Positions 63,420-64,000 of a DNA stretch of 64,000 nt are shown here, piece by piece. Position 1 is the stretch's first letter. Every line of letters starts with the position of its first letter. Under the pieces are notes generated by a model that saw nothing but the letters and a program-made list of their open reading frames with translations, made no database searches and was not told the DNA's origin. The DNA is taken from positions 27,528,001 through 27,592,000 of the forward strand of contig NW_025963813.1 of NCBI RefSeq assembly GCF_023055435.1, read 5' to 3'. This DNA is from Haliotis rufescens (taxonomy: Eukaryota). A program made the translations under genes and the position numbers.

Positions 63420-64000
63420 AAAAAACGACGTTTTCGTGTTTGCAGTGTTATCGTCGTCGAAATGAGCGTTTTACCCCACATTGTGTACGTGAATTCGACA
63501 ATTTCGGTGGCGGTAGTGTCATGGTGTGGGGGACCATATCCTACACCACGAGGTCTGACTTGGTTGTGGTTCAGGGAAATTTGAAAGCAAATCGCTTCAT
63601 GAATCGCAAAATAAAATTCTTCAAACTCACCTTTTACCAATAATTGACCGCCAGAGGGAGCTGTTTCAACAGGACAACACTCCACCGCACACAGCTCGTG
63701 TCACGGTAGACTACCTTCACAATGCCAACATCAACGACTTGCCCTTGCAGTCGAGATCTCCAGATCTCAACCCAATCGAACAGCTCTGGGATGAACTCGA
63801 TCGACGTGTACGTCAACGTCAGAAGACGTCGCAGACACTCCCACAAGGGGTCAACGCGTTACAAGCAGAATGGCGCAGAATTCCGCAGGACAGAATTCCT
63901 ACACTTATCCAGTCAGTGCCGAGGAGATGCAGAGCCGTGATTGCTGCCCGGAGCAGTCACAAGATATACGCGCAACTTTGTGGCCTAATATGACATGACA
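63420..64000 (+). mobile_element. Tc1 remnant, U5 copy (most complete)
   Basis: ORF 63739-63993 reads SRSPDLNPIEQLWDELDRRVRQ...WRRIPQDRIPTLIQSVPRRCRAVIAARSSH. Confidence 0.9.

Larger units (their letters stand above)
8364..64000. repeat. Tandem segmental duplication, ~12.4-14.4 kb unit, 4 complete units plus start of a 5th; runs past the window end
   Basis: Unit start ataat(c/t)ctacaattaagcgtcaatg recurs at ~8364, 21961, 34470, 47066 and 61443. A starts at 17929/30279/43014/57425 and B starts at 21817/34326/46922/61297. Spacers are near-identical. Confidence 0.97.

Overview
Repeat-rich animal genomic DNA, not prokaryotic. The SINE families with (ACTC)n tails suggest a mollusc, possibly abalone-like (inference). 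From about 8364 to beyond the window end lies a young tandem segmental duplication with a 12.4-14.4 kb unit: four complete units (U1 8364-21960, U2 21961-34469, U3 34470-47065, U4 47066-61442) and the start of a fifth (U5). Each unit carries a convergent pair of intronless, signal-peptide-bearing iduronate-2-sulfatase-like genes (sulfatase family S1_7): paralog A on + and paralog B on -. Only two of the eight loci look fully intact, one per paralog and in different units: A4 (57425-58945) and B2 (32782-34326). A1, A2 and A3 share a Q149* stop (A2 also has a frameshift), B3 and B4 share an E296* stop, and B1 has lost 6 aa of its signal peptide. The spacers record the array history: a Tc1 transposase remnant, about five SINE families, a SINE insertion with filled and empty sites, and a 2.07-kb TATGG...CCATA / 6-bp-TSD (IS3EU-like) element that is complete only in U4. 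Variant sharing between units is mosaic, pointing to gene conversion, unequal crossing-over or assembly/polishing artefact. Positions 1-8363 hold only SINEs, simple repeats and two N gaps.
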